Shown: positions 23,483 through 37,068 of the stretch, in pieces
How the letters are laid out: each line of letters begins with the position of its first letter
Numbering within the stretch: position 1 is the first letter of the stretch
NCBI RefSeq assembly: GCF_902713615.1
Contig: NC_052158.1
Coordinates: forward strand, 64,819,791 to 64,883,790
Origin: Scyliorhinus canicula
Lineage: Eukaryota
DNA: 64,000 nt
Direction of reading: 5' to 3'
Notes under the pieces: generated by a model
Database searches by the model: none
What the model was told of the DNA's origin: nothing
The model's input: only the letters and a program-made list of their open reading frames with translations
Program-made: the position numbers and the translations under genes

Positions 23483-23880
23483 AGATCTCGGCACCTCCAG
23501 GGGTTTCCCAAGTGCCCCGTGACCCAGCACCCAACAACACCCCTCCTGCTGCAGTTAGGAAAGCCCATGGCTGCCGATGCCTGTGCTCCATGGCCATGGC
23601 GACTGGACTCGATCGCACTGTTGGATCAGAACTAAAAATCCTTTTACTTTTAACAATGCTGCCATGAGGGGTGGCACCAAATAAGAGGGGTTGATATCTT
23701 TTTTTGTTTTAATTAGAAGTTATAATATTTTTACATTTTCTTTATATACAGAGGTTAATTGGTGCATATCAAGCTGTATTAGTAGAAATGTACCATGTGA
23801 AAAAGAGACAGTACCTCTTTTGCTTGCCTGTCTGGGCTTTGTTTCAGAATTCAAAGGTCAATTTTTTTAATGGTTTTAAA

Positions 23881-23886
23881 AATAAA
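23881..23886 (+). terminator. Candidate proximal polyadenylation signal of STK25
   Basis: AATAAA about 400 nt after the stop, in U-rich context. Confidence 0.5.
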
Positions 23887-26549
23887 TCCACTGTGTATAA
23901 GGGTGCAAGAACATGGATTATACACATTCAGGATAGAGGGTCCTATACAGTGGATAACCTTCCCTGAGGTACTCCTTTTAAGATGTGACTACATTGTGCT
24001 GCTAGTTAAAATGAAGCGATTTGGTGAAGAAAGTAGCTGGAGGAGTTAATGGTGGTGATTATCCCAGACTTAAGATCAGTCAGGTCACCCCCTCATTTGA
24101 GGAATTCGTCACTCTTCAGGGCAGCCTGGCAACACAGCCAATATGTGTCTCACCTCCTTGAACTAGAAGCCTGTGTCTTTTAATCACTAAATCCTCGCTG
24201 GCTCCATCGAGGGAGGTTTCTCATAAAGGGTGCCAGTCGGCTAGATGGAGCCCTCCACTGACGCGAGGCTTACCTGACCACTGAGTGGTATCGAATTGCA
24301 GGAGGAGATTCAGGTCATCAGTTTGAAAAGACTAGCTCAGACTGACTGGTTGGAGGGATTATGAGATGCAAAAAGGAGTGGCAATGCTTTTATAAAAAAA
24401 ACACTTGGGTGAAGCTCCACCAGTTGCAATATAGTAATCACACAGTCTAAACCAACACTATAGCTGCCCTCCAATTAGAGGAACAAGGACCCCACAAAGG
24501 CTCCAGTTTACTGAGACCTGCAGAAGCGATTCTGTCTCTTTACAGAACAGTTCCACAATGCTGAAAGGTGGGCTTGCCGGAGAGGGTGCAGCTTATACTC
24601 ATGTCCAATGGAGCAAAGTCACGCCCATCGGGGTTTACGCCAAGGCTGGCTCTCCTTGTTTTCCTCTATCCTCTTGGGTGTCGGAGACCAAGGTAAATAA
24701 CTCCAGACCTGGAATCTCAATTCCTGGGAGAGATCTGGCCTGGAGTATTACTCAGAGCAAAAGGCCAATGGACCAGATTGTCACTCAGATTGGGTTGTAC
24801 AGAAATTAAAAATTGGATGTCTGAAATCCACACCTGGTCAATTCAGGAGCTGCCTCTGTACCAGAACTCATTTTGAGCCCTTTGTTTCCAGTCATTTAGC
24901 AGCGGCAGTGAATGGCCTGTAGACAGTTCAAAGAGCATATGTACCTCTGACTGTTTATGGACAAATTTAAGAGGAAGGTTCCTAAAATATTTTATTTCTT
25001 CCCCCACCCCCTCGGATCTGTACTATCGATAATCTAGAGAACAGGAATTTGTAGGTGTGTTGCAGAAGTATTACTACAATTCACTTTACAGCAAGGGAGT
25101 TGCTGTCGCCAATGGATCTCCATGTTCCAGGAGATCTTGGGAAGCGTCTTCAGTCTGTCAACTGAACCACTGTTGGCCAGTTTCTTTAATGGCATTGACA
25201 TGGACTTTCCTACTGAATAAATAGGGCGATCGTTAGCAGGATGTGTTGACGAAGCTTTGAGATCTGGTGATGCCGTCTTTATCCATCTAATCTAAAAGGA
25301 AGTTTATTTTCCTCACTTTCATGTACCTGACAGCAATTACCATAATTTCCTGTATCGCCACATCCCCCCCTTTAATTTGTGATTTTTATATCTAAGCACA
25401 CAATGTTTCATTGTGCAAGTAGAAAACCGTTCAGTTTAGATTCTGTTATATAACTTGGGATCAGTATTAATTCTGAATGGATCCTCTGTACGGCCTTAAA
25501 TGGCAAGTTAGGTGGGTTGTTTTGCTTTTACACCTTGCATTATGAAGAGAAACAGAATGACTAATGATGCCACCATGAAAAGGGCAGCCATATTGTTCTG
25601 CTAGAACAATAATAGCCTGATATAAATGCCATGATGTAGCACCTAGGAGGAGACGGTGAAAGGGCCCAAATGGAACAAGTGAGGGTCGCAGGCTAGTTGG
25701 AGGGTTGGGGAAATAGACACGAGAGTTCAACAACCCTTAATATAATTTTAGCAAGAAGGACTTTGAGCAGTATTATCCAAGAGTGGACAGAGTTAGTATT
25801 AAGGCCTGGGAGTAAGCAGAATACTGCAGCTGTAATGTGAAGGGAAATGTGCACACCAGTTGTTTTAAAGGTACTGTTGGTAAGATCCAGACAAAGAACT
25901 GACCAGCATCAAGGGTAGCATTGCAGGAGTAGCATTCCCATGGGGATCTCCCACCAAGACTTTGGCAAATCCCTAACAAGGTGCTGTGAAGGACCATTTG
26001 TCTTGTTTCCCCAGGTTGTGCCCGAATGTTACAGCTGGGAGATCTTGAGAAACACACCCTGGTGTGTTTTTAGAATTTGGTTTGCTATTGAACACCCACA
26101 GAATGATTCCAAAAGTCATTTTGGCTTCACTTTTCATAAAGGGCGCTCCCTATTTTCTGAGATTCTGAGTCTGACGACTTGCTGGCTCTGAGGTTCCCAA
26201 TTCCTCGTTGAGACCTGCAAGCAAGCCATCAATAAGTTGACACTCTGTGCCCTCTCACTGTGCCCCTGATTGGACCTGCCACTCGAATGGACGGAGGAGC
26301 GAACATAAAGAACTCTAGTTTTGAAAACTCCATAGCCATGTCAGTGAAAGTGGGAATTGTGTTCCTGTACGTCTAGTGTTTGTATACTGCGTGTATTAAC
26401 AGTGTACAAGTGCATATCTGGTCCTTGCAACCCATTTATTACTTATTTTAAAGTCCAGTTTAGGTTTGGTTGTAGTTATTTATGGTGAAGGAGGGTATCC
26501 GTGCTCTTGGAGCTGCGGATCGCATTTTATATACAGTGTAATGGACAAG

Positions 26550-26555
26550 AATAAA
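26550..26555 (+). terminator. Candidate distal polyadenylation signal of STK25
   Basis: AATAAA preceded by TGTA motifs and AU-rich sequence, followed by a GU/U-rich tract; marks the end of a repeat-free stretch. Confidence 0.45.
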
Positions 26556-26659
26556 ATATAAGAATGGGTCTCTTGTTTGGCTTTATTTAAAGCAGCATCT
26601 TCCAAGATGTCTGCCAGGCATGTTCAACAAAGAAAATTGGGCTTGGATTTGTGCAATGA

Positions 26660-26830
26660 TTGATCAGTTCATTTGATTTTGATGAGGAGGAATGATAGTC
26701 AAAGATACCCTGAAGAGCTCAGCACTCTTTTTTGAATAGTGCTGTGGGATTTTCAACACCAGCTGAACTGCAGCCACTTCACAGGCAGAACCTCAATCCA
26801 AAGGGCAGATCTTGAACAATACAGGATTTT
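26660..26830 (-). mobile_element. Ancient Deu-domain SINE-like remnant
   Basis: Reverse complement of the core seen at 19890-20190 (gaatagtgctgtgggatttt). Confidence 0.4.
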
Positions 26831-27899
26831 CTCACCTGCCAGGATTGTTCAACTGTTGCACCTTTTTTTTAATTGCCCAGGAGTCTGGGAAGCTGATAGT
26901 ACCCTGGTGCTTCCTTCAGGTGATGTCTCAGCCAATCAGCACCCATTTTCTCCTGGAGTATAAATTGTCTCTGAAGTTGGGTATTCTTGCATTTGTTCTG
27001 ATGAGTGCGAGACAAAAAGCATTGACAACATGCCTCTCCTTTCAACAATATCAGGATGTCCTCTGCACTGCACTCTTGTGTCAGCCTTGATTTTGTCCTA
27101 CAGCCAAGCTGGAGCCTTTCGACTCGGCTGAGAATGCTCACAGCTGAGCCAAGTTATCCTGGCTGCTGAAGTGTTCTTCATTTAGAAGCAAGAGGAGCTT
27201 ATTCAGCCGCTCGTTCTCTGAGATCTCTCCACTCACTGGTATTTGAAGCATGTTCCTCACAGCATGCTCGGTGCTCCTGGAATGCAGAGCAACGAGCAGC
27301 TATTGCTGTTGGAACACGGAACCCGCTTGTGCGTGATGCGGTCCAGCCACATTGGGTGAATGGCTAAACCAATTGTCTACCACGATTATTCAAGTCTGCA
27401 CCCCTTGGATTTAAGAGGGTGAGAGAGAGAAAATAAGGGTTAACTGGGGACACAAGGAGAGGGTGAGTTTGATCAAGGCAAATGGATACAAGAACAATGT
27501 AGAATTATTGGAGGAACTGTGGAAAAGGACATATGCCTGATCTTTGTTTAAATTGTTTTTATTGGTTTGCATTTTCTAGTTACCTTGCAGGAGACATTAA
27601 ACAGTAACATAGAGATCTTTACAAAATGAGTATATGTCCAAGATGAAACAGTGATACTCATAACAAGCCCAGGAGGGGCAACAAGACTGCAAATGTGTAG
27701 GTATTATTACCTTAGTTATGGGGTCCCCTGACTTCGGCCACTCCCTCCATGCCGTTCATGTGCTGTGTGTGTGTGTTGCCTCCTGGTGTTAGAACACATC
27801 AGGAAATTTTATGTGCCACCTGGGTGTACTGCTCGCGAGGTCATAATCTTTATTGTCACAAGTAGGCTTAGATTAACACTGCAATGAAGTTACACCTGT

Positions 27900-28539
27900 G
27901 TACTTCGCTGCCGTTTGTCCCCTCCAGCTTCCCTGCCTTGCGTCCTAGCTGTTGTTACCCCTCCTATTCAGACTATGGGTGGCACCAGTTCTGGTGTGTC
28001 GTCATCCCTCGTCTCTTTCTGCTCCGGCCGCCCCTTCCCCGCATTGGTTGCTGGTTACAAACAAATCTTGGAACAGGCTGGTGAATAGCTTCCAAGTATT
28101 GTGGAAGCCTTCCTCTGATCCTCGAATGGGGAAATGTATTCTTTCCAGTTCTCCGAGAACTCCTAGGTCGGACAGCCAGTCCACAGCCTTGGGTGGTGCA
28201 GCCGATCTCCACCCGAGCAGGAGTCTCCGGCGGGTGATCAGGGAGGCAAAGGCTGGGGCGCCTTTCCATGTGACTAGCTGGTTTGGCTGTTCCAAAACCC
28301 CAACTTCCTTGCTATAAAGTGTATTGCAGTAATACTTCTGCAAGCCCTGAACCTAGTGGACATGGCTGCACCCTCACTCACACAACCCTGGGCATGGCCT
28401 CAAAAAGTCCAGTCAGTCTGGGGCAAGACCAGGGCATGTGGGTGTGGTTGGCCAGGCCTCCCTGGCACTGTTCACATTTGTCCTCCACCTCCGGAAAGAA
28501 CCCACTCATGCATGTTCTTGTCATGTGTGCCCTGTGCAC
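27900..28539 (-). mobile_element. Older L1, 3' portion (continues at 33313-34715), split by a younger L1
   Basis: Minus ORF AFASLITRRRLLLGWRSAAPP...IRGSEEGF plus zinc knuckle; joins the 33313 piece across the 15-bp TSD. Confidence 0.85.
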
Positions 28540-31500
28540 GCTGGGTAAGGGAGAAGCGAGAGAGTAACTCCCGAGGGGGGAGCTACCACACTAGCAGGAA
28601 AGATAGTGCCGTGGCATGCAACCAATCAGGGCTGCATCGTGTCCCCAACAGGGGGGAAGGTGCCAGGCAGGGGGGTGGGGGTGGGGTGGGGGGGGGGGGG
28701 GGGGGGACGGGGGACCATTTAACAGCCGGAAGAGCAAACGGGGATAGGAACAGGGGAAAGAGGGACAAAGGAGGGGTATACTGGAGAGAGGGAAAGTGAG
28801 AGACGGGGGGGGAGGAAATCACACGGGGAGGGAGAAACCGGGGGGCCACACGGGGAGGGGGGGGGGGTCGACACGGGGAGGGACTCAACGGCCCACTGAA
28901 AAGATCCAGAGTCCTCACCCACCTAAGAAATATGAGGGCCGACATAATCTTCCTCCAAGAGACACACCTGAGAGAGCAGGACCGACTGGGTAAGAAAGGG
29001 CTGGATGGGACAAACCTACCATTCCTGCTATGGGACAAGGGCCAGGGGGGTGGCAATACCGATCAGCAAGAGGACGATGTTTGGGGCGACAAAGACGGCT
29101 ACTGAACCAGGGGGACAGTATGTCATGGTCAGCGGGGCCCTGGATGGGGTACCAGTAGTACTAGTTAATGTGTACGCACCCAACTGGGATGACCCAAGCT
29201 TTATCAAGGAGACCGTGGCAGAAATCCCTGACATAGCGACGCATCGACTAATCATGGGGGGGGGGACTTCAACTGTGTACAGGATCCAAAGGCAGACAGA
29301 TCAAACCCCAAAACGGGGAAAACCTCAAGAATGGTAAGGGAACTCAGTCACTTTATGGAACAGATGGGAGTGGTGGACCCCTGGAGGTTAGCCCACCCAG
29401 GGGAGAAGGAGTTCTTTTTCTCCCCAGTACACAACGTATATACCAGAATTGACTTCTTTGTGGTAGGGAAAATGGTGCTTCCGGGGATAGACAAAGTGGA
29501 ATACTCCACAATTGAGATATCAGACCATGCTCCACATTACATGGACATGAGGCTGGAGACGGGCAGGGCCCAATGCCCCACATGGAGGTTGGACATTGCC
29601 CTACTAGCTGACAAGGCCTTCAAAGAAAAGGTATCATGGGCCATAGCAGAGTACACGGAGAACAACCAGAACGGGGAGATGTCACCCTCCAGCGCTAAAG
29701 GGAAGTGCTAAAGGCTGTACTAAGAGGGGAATAATCACTTTCAAAGTGCGAAGAGATAGGGAGGAAAGGGCGGCTAGGCAGCAGCTGGTCGACTCCATAC
29801 TGGAGGTAGACTGTAAATACTCCGAGGCCCCGACCGTAGAGCTCCTGGCGGAGAGGAAAGAGCTACAAATTAACTTTGATCTGCTCTCCACCAGGAAAGC
29901 AGTGCACCAATTCCGCCAGGCACGTGGAACCCTATGCAAACACGAAGACAAAGCCAGCTGTCTGTTGGCACACCAGCTGAGAAAGCAGGCAGCCACCAGA
30001 GAAATTGCGCAAATCAGGGATACCAGAGGCACATTAGAAACAGAACCAGAAAAGATCAACAAAACCTTCAAGGCCTTCTACCAAGGGCTGTACACCTCAG
30101 AGCCCCCAATGGGGGAGTCTGGGATGAAACGGTTCCTTGATGGATTGGACATACCAGTCGTGGGGGAGGGCAGAAAATGGGCCCTGGAAGCACCACTAGC
30201 ACTGGGAGAGATCATGGACAGCATTAGCTCCATGCAGGGTAGGTGCCGGACCAGATGGGTTCCCGGTGGACTTCTACAAAAACATTTGCGACAGCACTGG
30301 CCCCGCATCTGCGGGAGACGTTCACAGACTCGCTAGCTGGGGGCACACTGCCACCCATGCTAGCACAGGCCTCAATCTCGCTGATACCTAAGAAAGACAA
30401 AGACCCAGCGGAATGTGGGTCATACAGACCCATCTCACTGCTGAAAGCAGATGCCAAAATGATGGCCAAAATCCGAGCCAAAAGGCTAGAAGTCTGTGTA
30501 CCAGAGATGGTCGCAGAGGACCAGACGATCTTTGTCAAATATAGACAGCTTACCTCGAACATCAGGCGCCTGCTGAACATGATAATGACCCCCTCCGGGG
30601 AGAGAACACCAGAAGTGATCATCTCCCTAGACGTAGAAAAGGCCTTCGACAGAGGTTAATGGAAATACCTCATAGAGGTACTGGAGCGGTTTAGGCTTGG
30701 AACACCTCGTGGTTAAAGCTCCTATGCAACGCTTCCATGGCGAGCATACGGACCAACAACACCAACTGCCGATGGATGCCCACTGTCCCCGCTGCTGTTC
30801 ACTCTAGCGATCAAACCACTAGCAATCGCACTCAGAGCAGCAAAAAGCTGGAGGGGGATCCGAAGGGGAGGCAGAGAACACAGAGCCTCACTCTGTGCAG
30901 ATGACCTGCTCCTCTACGTTTCGGACCCACAAAGCAGCATGGACGGAATCATCGCGCTCCTGAAAGAGTTTGGCGCCTTCTCGGGCTACAAACTCAACAT
31001 GAATAAAAATGAGATCTTCCCCGTACACCCGCAAGTGGGGCAGCACCAACGGGACGCCCGTTTAAACAAACCCAACACAAATTCCGCTACCTGGAGATCC
31101 AAATAGCCCATGACTGGAAAGGGATCCACAAATGGAACCTCGCCAGTCTGACAGAGGAAGTAAAAAAGGACCTGCAAAGATGGAACACACTCCCACTCTC
31201 CCTCGTGGGGAGAGTCCAGACAATCAAAATGAACGTACTGCCCAGGTTCCTCTTCCTGTTTAGATCCATTCCGATCTACATCACCAAGACCTTTTTCAAA
31301 GCGCTGGACAAACTAATCATGGTGTTGGTACGGTGGGGAGAAGAATGTTAGGATCCCAAAGAAGGTCCCACAAAAAACAAAATCCAAGGGGGGGGGGGGG
31401 GGGGGGGGGGCTAGTCCTCCCAAACCTACAATTCTACCACTGGGCAGTGATGGCCGAGCGAATAAGGGGATGGATCAAGGAGCCAGAAGCCGAGTGGGTG

Positions 31501-33038
31501 CGTGCGGAAGAGGCTTCCTGCAAGGTGACTTTCCTCCGGGCCCTCGCCACAGCAGCACTCTCATCCCCATCCAAAAAACACTCCAGCAGCCCGGTGGTGA
31601 TAGCCACCCTCCAATCCTGGAACCAGCTACGGCAGCAATTTGGCCTGACCAAAATGTCGGACAAAGCTCCCATCTGCAACAACCATAGGTTCATACCAGT
31701 GCTGACTGATGCCACCTTCAAAAAGTGGGGAAAGGATGGAGGGACACTGACAGTCAGGGACCTATACACAGATGGCAGGATTGTAACACTGGACAAACTG
31801 ACAGAGAAATTCCAGCTAGCCAGGGGGAATGAGCTCAACTCAAAACCTTCCTCTGAAAGGAGACAAGGACGTACCCACTACCCCACGACAGACATTACTG
31901 GAAGAGTTACTGGACACAAGCATACTAGATAAAGGGAACTGTAGTGACATGTATGACCGACTGGTAGAAAGGGCCAACACCATACTGGATGCAACAAGAA
32001 AGAAATGGGAGGAGGACCTGGGGATTGAGATAGGGTGGGGACTCTGGAGTGAAGCACTGCATAGGGTCAACCCTACCTCCACGAGCACAAGGCTCAGCCT
32101 GACGCAGCTAAAAGTGGTACATAGAGCCCACTTAACAAGAACCCGTATAAGTAGGTTCTTCCCAGAGGTGGCAGATAGATGTGAACGGTGCCAAGGAGGC
32201 CCGGCCAACCACGCCCAAATGTTTTGGTCTTACCCCGGACTTGCGGGGTACTGGACAGCCTTCTTCAAGACAATGTCCAAAGTGGTGGGGGTGAGGGTGG
32301 AGCCATGCCCGATAGTGGCGGTCTTCGGGGTTTTAGACCAGCCAGATCTATTCCTGGGGAGGAGGGTGGACGCCCTTGCCTTTGCCTCCCTGATTGCCCG
32401 CCGTAGAATCCTGTTCGGTTGGCGGTCAGCAGCACCACCCAGAGCTGCAGACTGGCTGTCCAACCTCTCGGAATCTCTCCAAATGGAGAAAATCAAAATC
32501 GCCATCCGAGGGTCAGATGATAGCTTCCACAGAACGTGGGAGCCATTCAACCAATTGTTCTGGGACCTGTTTGTGGCCAACGAACATGCAGAAGAATAGC
32601 CAGGTAGCCAAGAATCAGGGGAAAGTAGCCAAAGCATGAGAGGGAGGGGGGGCGGGGGAGGGGGGGGGGGGGGGGGGGGAACAGCTAAAGCTAAGAGGAA
32701 AGAAAGGTGAAGCACGGGGAGGGGGGGGGGAAAGAGGGAAGGGACAGGGAACAAGAGAGGCGAACCAGAGAGGTGGGGGGGGGAGGGGAGGCAAGGAAAT
32801 GACAGCCGGAAGGAGGGCACTGGATACGATAACAAACTTGGCATCTCCAGGAACAGAGAACAAGGAGAATACAGGCGAAAGACGGGACGAATGGCTGAAG
32901 TGGAATTGAGCACGAGGCGGCAATGGCAGCGAGATCCGTCCGGGAGAAGCAAGCGACAACACCAACACCAGACCCATTCGAGTATTGCCCACTGTAATTG
33001 TTTCTCCGGCACCCAAATATAGATCTACCTCCCCAGTC

Positions 33039-33074
<36 letters not shown>

Positions 33075-33312
33075 ACCGCCACAAACAGTCGCCTACTTAT
33101 GTGTTGTAAATAATTTTGCCAGTTGTACAGAGTTGCTGCTGTTGAGCTGGAGCACAATAGTTATTCTATTTTATTTTTTATTATTACTTTTTTTTTGGTA
33201 TGTTTGGGTGTGCCCTTCTCTTATATAATATACATATATAGATTTCTTATTCTGTGTACATTATGGTAAATATACTTTGTTCAAAACCCCAATAAAAACA
33301 TTAATAAAAAAA
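28540..33312 (+). mobile_element. L1-clade LINE, truncated in the inter-ORF spacer; near-complete ORF2 (EN, RT, zinc knuckle) with frameshifts; long G/C-rich 3' UTR
   Basis: EN: GLNGPLKRSRVLTHL..DIIFLQETHL, VNVYAPN, YTRIDFF, SDHAP. RT: SLDVEKAFD, CADD. aataaaaa tail. Perfect 15-bp TSD gtgtgccctgtgcac at 28525-28539 and 33313-33327. Confidence 0.93.
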
Positions 33313-34715
33313 GTGTGCCCTGTGCACTACTTTCAGCTGTGTTCGGCTCAGCCCTGTGAGGACGTGGAGTTCACCTTGTGCAGGGCTTCACTCCAGAGTC
33401 CTCCACCTATCTCCAGGCCTAGCTGAATGTCAGCGTCAACTCGTCCTGTTTCTACTGTTTGAAGGCAGTGTCTAGTGTCACCGGATGCAATTTACGGTTC
33501 TGGCAGATGGCGGACATTGCTCGAAGTCCAAAGTGATGCCTGAGCTGGTTCCACGTTCTCAGTGTGACGACCACCACTGGGCTCCTTGAGCATTTGGCTG
33601 GAGAGAATGGAAGCGGGCTGTGACCAGTACTCGGAGGGATGTTCCTGTGCAGGAGCTCTACTCCATCTTTACCCATTCTGCTCCCAGCTCTTTGATCCAT
33701 CCCGTACTCTCTCTGAGATGTCTGCCCATTGGTAGAATTGTAGGCTTGGAAGGGTCAGACCTCCGTGTTTCTTCTTCTTGTAGTATGCTCTTGCAGCTCC
33801 TTGGACTCCTTCCTCCTCCCCTCCCGTCCCTCCCAAAACACACAAACGCCACGATCGTTTTGTCTACTTAATGAAGAAGGCCTTGGGGATGAAGATCGGG
33901 AGGGATCCGAATAGGAAGTGAAATATGGGCAGTATGTTCATCTTGGTCATCTGCACTCGCCCCGCCAGGGAGAATGAGAGTGAGTCCCACCTCTGTAGGT
34001 CCCTCTTTACCTCTTCCATCAGCCTCGACAGGTTCCATTTGTGGATCCGTGTCTAGTCGTGGGTTTTTCGGATCCCCAAGTGTCAGAATTTGGTTTGGGC
34101 CAGCTTGATCCGCCACTTCCCCAGCTATGGTTCACTGGGAATATCTCGATCTTGCTCAGGTTAAGTTTGTAACCCACGAAGGTTCCAAATTCAATGCTCT
34201 CTGCCTCCCCTCTGGATGCCTCTCCAGCACTTCGCTGATCTGAGAGCGATAGCCAGTGGCTCAATTGCCAGGTCAAATAACAGTGGGGACAAAGGGCGTC
34301 CCTGACTCGTGCCTCCGTGCAGCAAGAAGTGTCCAGAGCTGATGGTGTTTGAATGTACACTCGCCATGGGAGCGCTGTACAATAGCTTCACCCGTGATGT
34401 GAACCCTGGCCCAATCCCAAACCGCTTCAGTACCTGAGGTACCTCCATTCGATTCTGTCGAAGGCCTTCTTTGCATCCAGGGAGATAATCACTTCTGGTG
34501 TCTCCTTCCCAGGTGGGGTCATGATCACATTCAGCAGGTGTCTGATGTTCGCCATTAGTTGTCTGCCCTTGATATGCGCAACTCGACAGTAGCCTCACCA
34601 GGGCCTTCGGCAGGACCTTGGCTTTGGCGTCGGTGTTTAGGAGTGAGATGGGTCTATATAATCCCCACTTCATCGGGTCTTCTTTAGAGAGCAGAGATAT
34701 CGAGGCCTATGCCAG
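33313..34715 (-). mobile_element. Older L1, RT-to-C-terminal portion with internal deletions
   Basis: YRPISLLNTDAK, GTSQGRPLSPLLFDLAIEPLAIALRS, GYKLNLSK.EIFP, LRTWNQLRHHF. Confidence 0.85.
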
Positions 34716-34719
34716 GACA

Positions 34720-34900
34720 ATCCAAAGATGTGCAGGTTAGGTGGATTGGGCATGATAAATTGCCCTTAGTGTCCAAAATTGACCTTTGTGTTGGGTGGGG
34801 GTGTTGACCTTGGATAGGGCGCTCTTTCCAAGAACCGGTGCAGACTCGATGGGCCGAATGGCCTCCTTCTGCTCTGTAAATTCTATGATAATCTATGATA
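34720..34900 (+). mobile_element. HE1-like V-SINE with CR1-type tail, 5'-truncated
   Basis: V-domain end plus gcagactcgatgggccgaatggcctccttctg..ctatgat tail. Confidence 0.8.
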
Positions 34901-35348
34901 CACTTTGGGGTTCTCTAAACCCTGGCCCATAACATATGCTAGCTCTAATTTTACAATCAACATTATCCTCTCCTGGGCTCTCCCATGAGAGGAAAGATTT
35001 CGCTCCATCAAATTTATAATTGCTTTTGTCTGTCTAGTCTGATTGGTGGCTGGTAGCCACAGCCTGCAGCCACAGTCAGGTACCAGTGGCTGGTGGCAGT
35101 GGGGGGGATAGAATAGAGAAGAACAGGGAAAGGTCACGGGAGCACAACAACAACATTGGGGAAGCCGAGGATGTGGACGGAGTACGAGATACGATTGGGA
35201 TTGTTTGGCATGAGAAGGGTGAATTGGGAATTTAAAAAAATATTATTGTCAGAAAAGATAATTTCACCATAAGACGTGGGGTGAGGGCTCGGGTGCCCAA
35301 CACATCCGAAACATGGCCATTGATCCCCACGAACAGAAGTTGGCCTTT

Positions 35349-35695
35349 ATCATAGAATTTACAGTGCAGAAGGAGGCCATTCGGCCCATCAAGTCTGCAC
35401 CAGCTCTTGGAAAGAGCACCCTACCCAAAGTCAACACATCCACCCTATCCCCATAACCCAGTAACCCCACCCAACACCAAGGGCAATTTTGAACACTAAG
35501 GGCAATTTATCATAGCCAATCCACCTAACCTGCACATCTTTGGACTGTGGGAGGAAACCGGAGCACCTGGAGGAAACCCACGCACACACGGGGAGGATGT
35601 GCAGACTCCACACAGACAGTGACCCAAGCCGGAATCGAACCTTGGACCCAGGAGCTGTGAAGCAATTGTGCTATCCACAATACTACCGTGCTGCC
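35349..35695 (-). mobile_element. HE1-like V-SINE with CR1-type tail, full length
   Basis: Reverse complement of the 41733/44126 family. Confidence 0.88.
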
Positions 35696-36636
35696 TCTTT
35701 AATGCCTGCCTATCCACTTCTGGGCAGCCACAGGGGATGGAAGCCTCAACTCTATCCTATTCCGGCCACAGAGATAGCATGAGTGAATACTAGCAACCAG
35801 TAGGCAGTATCGTGTTGTCAGGAAATAGCCAATGATTTGCACTACAGGTCCGAGTCGGAGTCTCGATTTCTTCAACGTCGTCGTTGCGAAGGGGGGGGGG
35901 GGGTCTCGTACGCGGCTTTCTTCTGTCTCTGGTCAGTTATCTCTGCATGGAGTCTGCTGCGGGTGGTAAAGGGGTTCGATGCATATACCCAATATCCTGC
36001 CAGAATGTTCTCCAACCCATGAGGGCAGAGTGGGAGTAGCACCACCCAATGGAGTTACTAATGGTCACTTAGCAGGACATTGAACCATTGTATGCAACCT
36101 CGTCTATGCAAAACAAATAGATCAATGAATAGAGCTTATTTGATGGATGTTTGATAGGGCGCCTGGCATGTCCTGTTTAGTGCATTCAAACCTGGCCAAG
36201 TTCAAATGCCCATCAGCCTGCCTAGAGCTGACTGGTTTGATTTAAAACGTCCAAAAAGTGTCCAATTGAGGTCTAAAATCCAGGCAGTTATCCATATTAC
36301 CACAGTGGATTTTAATGGTACTACATCCAAGGCTGGTGATCAGAATTGGAGCCTCTACCATCACAATGAGCTCTGGACTACAGCATGAATATAAAAGTAT
36401 GGTGCCAAAACAATTCTGCCTGCGGATCTGGTTGGCAGCAACGGCAACAGCATGGGGTCCGATTTCCCCCTGTGGCTGGGCTGGATTCAGGATCTACCTC
36501 CTTATCCTCCCCATGGTGGAGATGACGGGTTCTGTGGCGTGGATCTGCCTTCAGGCAGAGAGCAGGAGGCGCAGTTTAAAATATGTGGCGGCTTGGGCTT
36601 TGTAAAGCAGGGAAGTTATGGTGAACCTGCACAATA

Positions 36637-36802
36637 GGGGCTGGTTTAGCACACTGGGCTAAATCGCTGGCTTTTAAAGCAGGCCAGGAGCACGGTTCAA
36701 TTCCCGTACCAACCTCCCCGAACAGGTGCTGGAATGTGGCGACTAGGGGCTTTTCACAGTAACTTCATTGAAGCCTACTCGTGACAATAACTTCATTTTC
36801 AA
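36637..36802 (+). mobile_element. tRNA-derived SINE (non-V head)
   Basis: ggggctggtttagcacactgggc...ggttcaattcccgtacc...gtgacaataa. Confidence 0.85.
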
Positions 36803-37068
36803 GTTAGGCCACAGCTGGAATATTGAACCAATTGTGGTCACCAGCATCGAGAAAGAGAGACTTCAAGCACGAGGACATTTACTGGTAGGGAGGAGGGAAT
36901 TAGTTACATGCTTGGGTTGGAGCAAATTGGGTTGTTCTCCAGTGGAAAATTTGCTAAGAGTAAGAAGATTATGACAGCTGTAGATAAGGTAGACAAAAGG
37001 AAAGCTGTTCACATTGGATGGTCATGCAAGGACACCAATTGAAGCTATTGGGCAAGGGATACAGGGAA

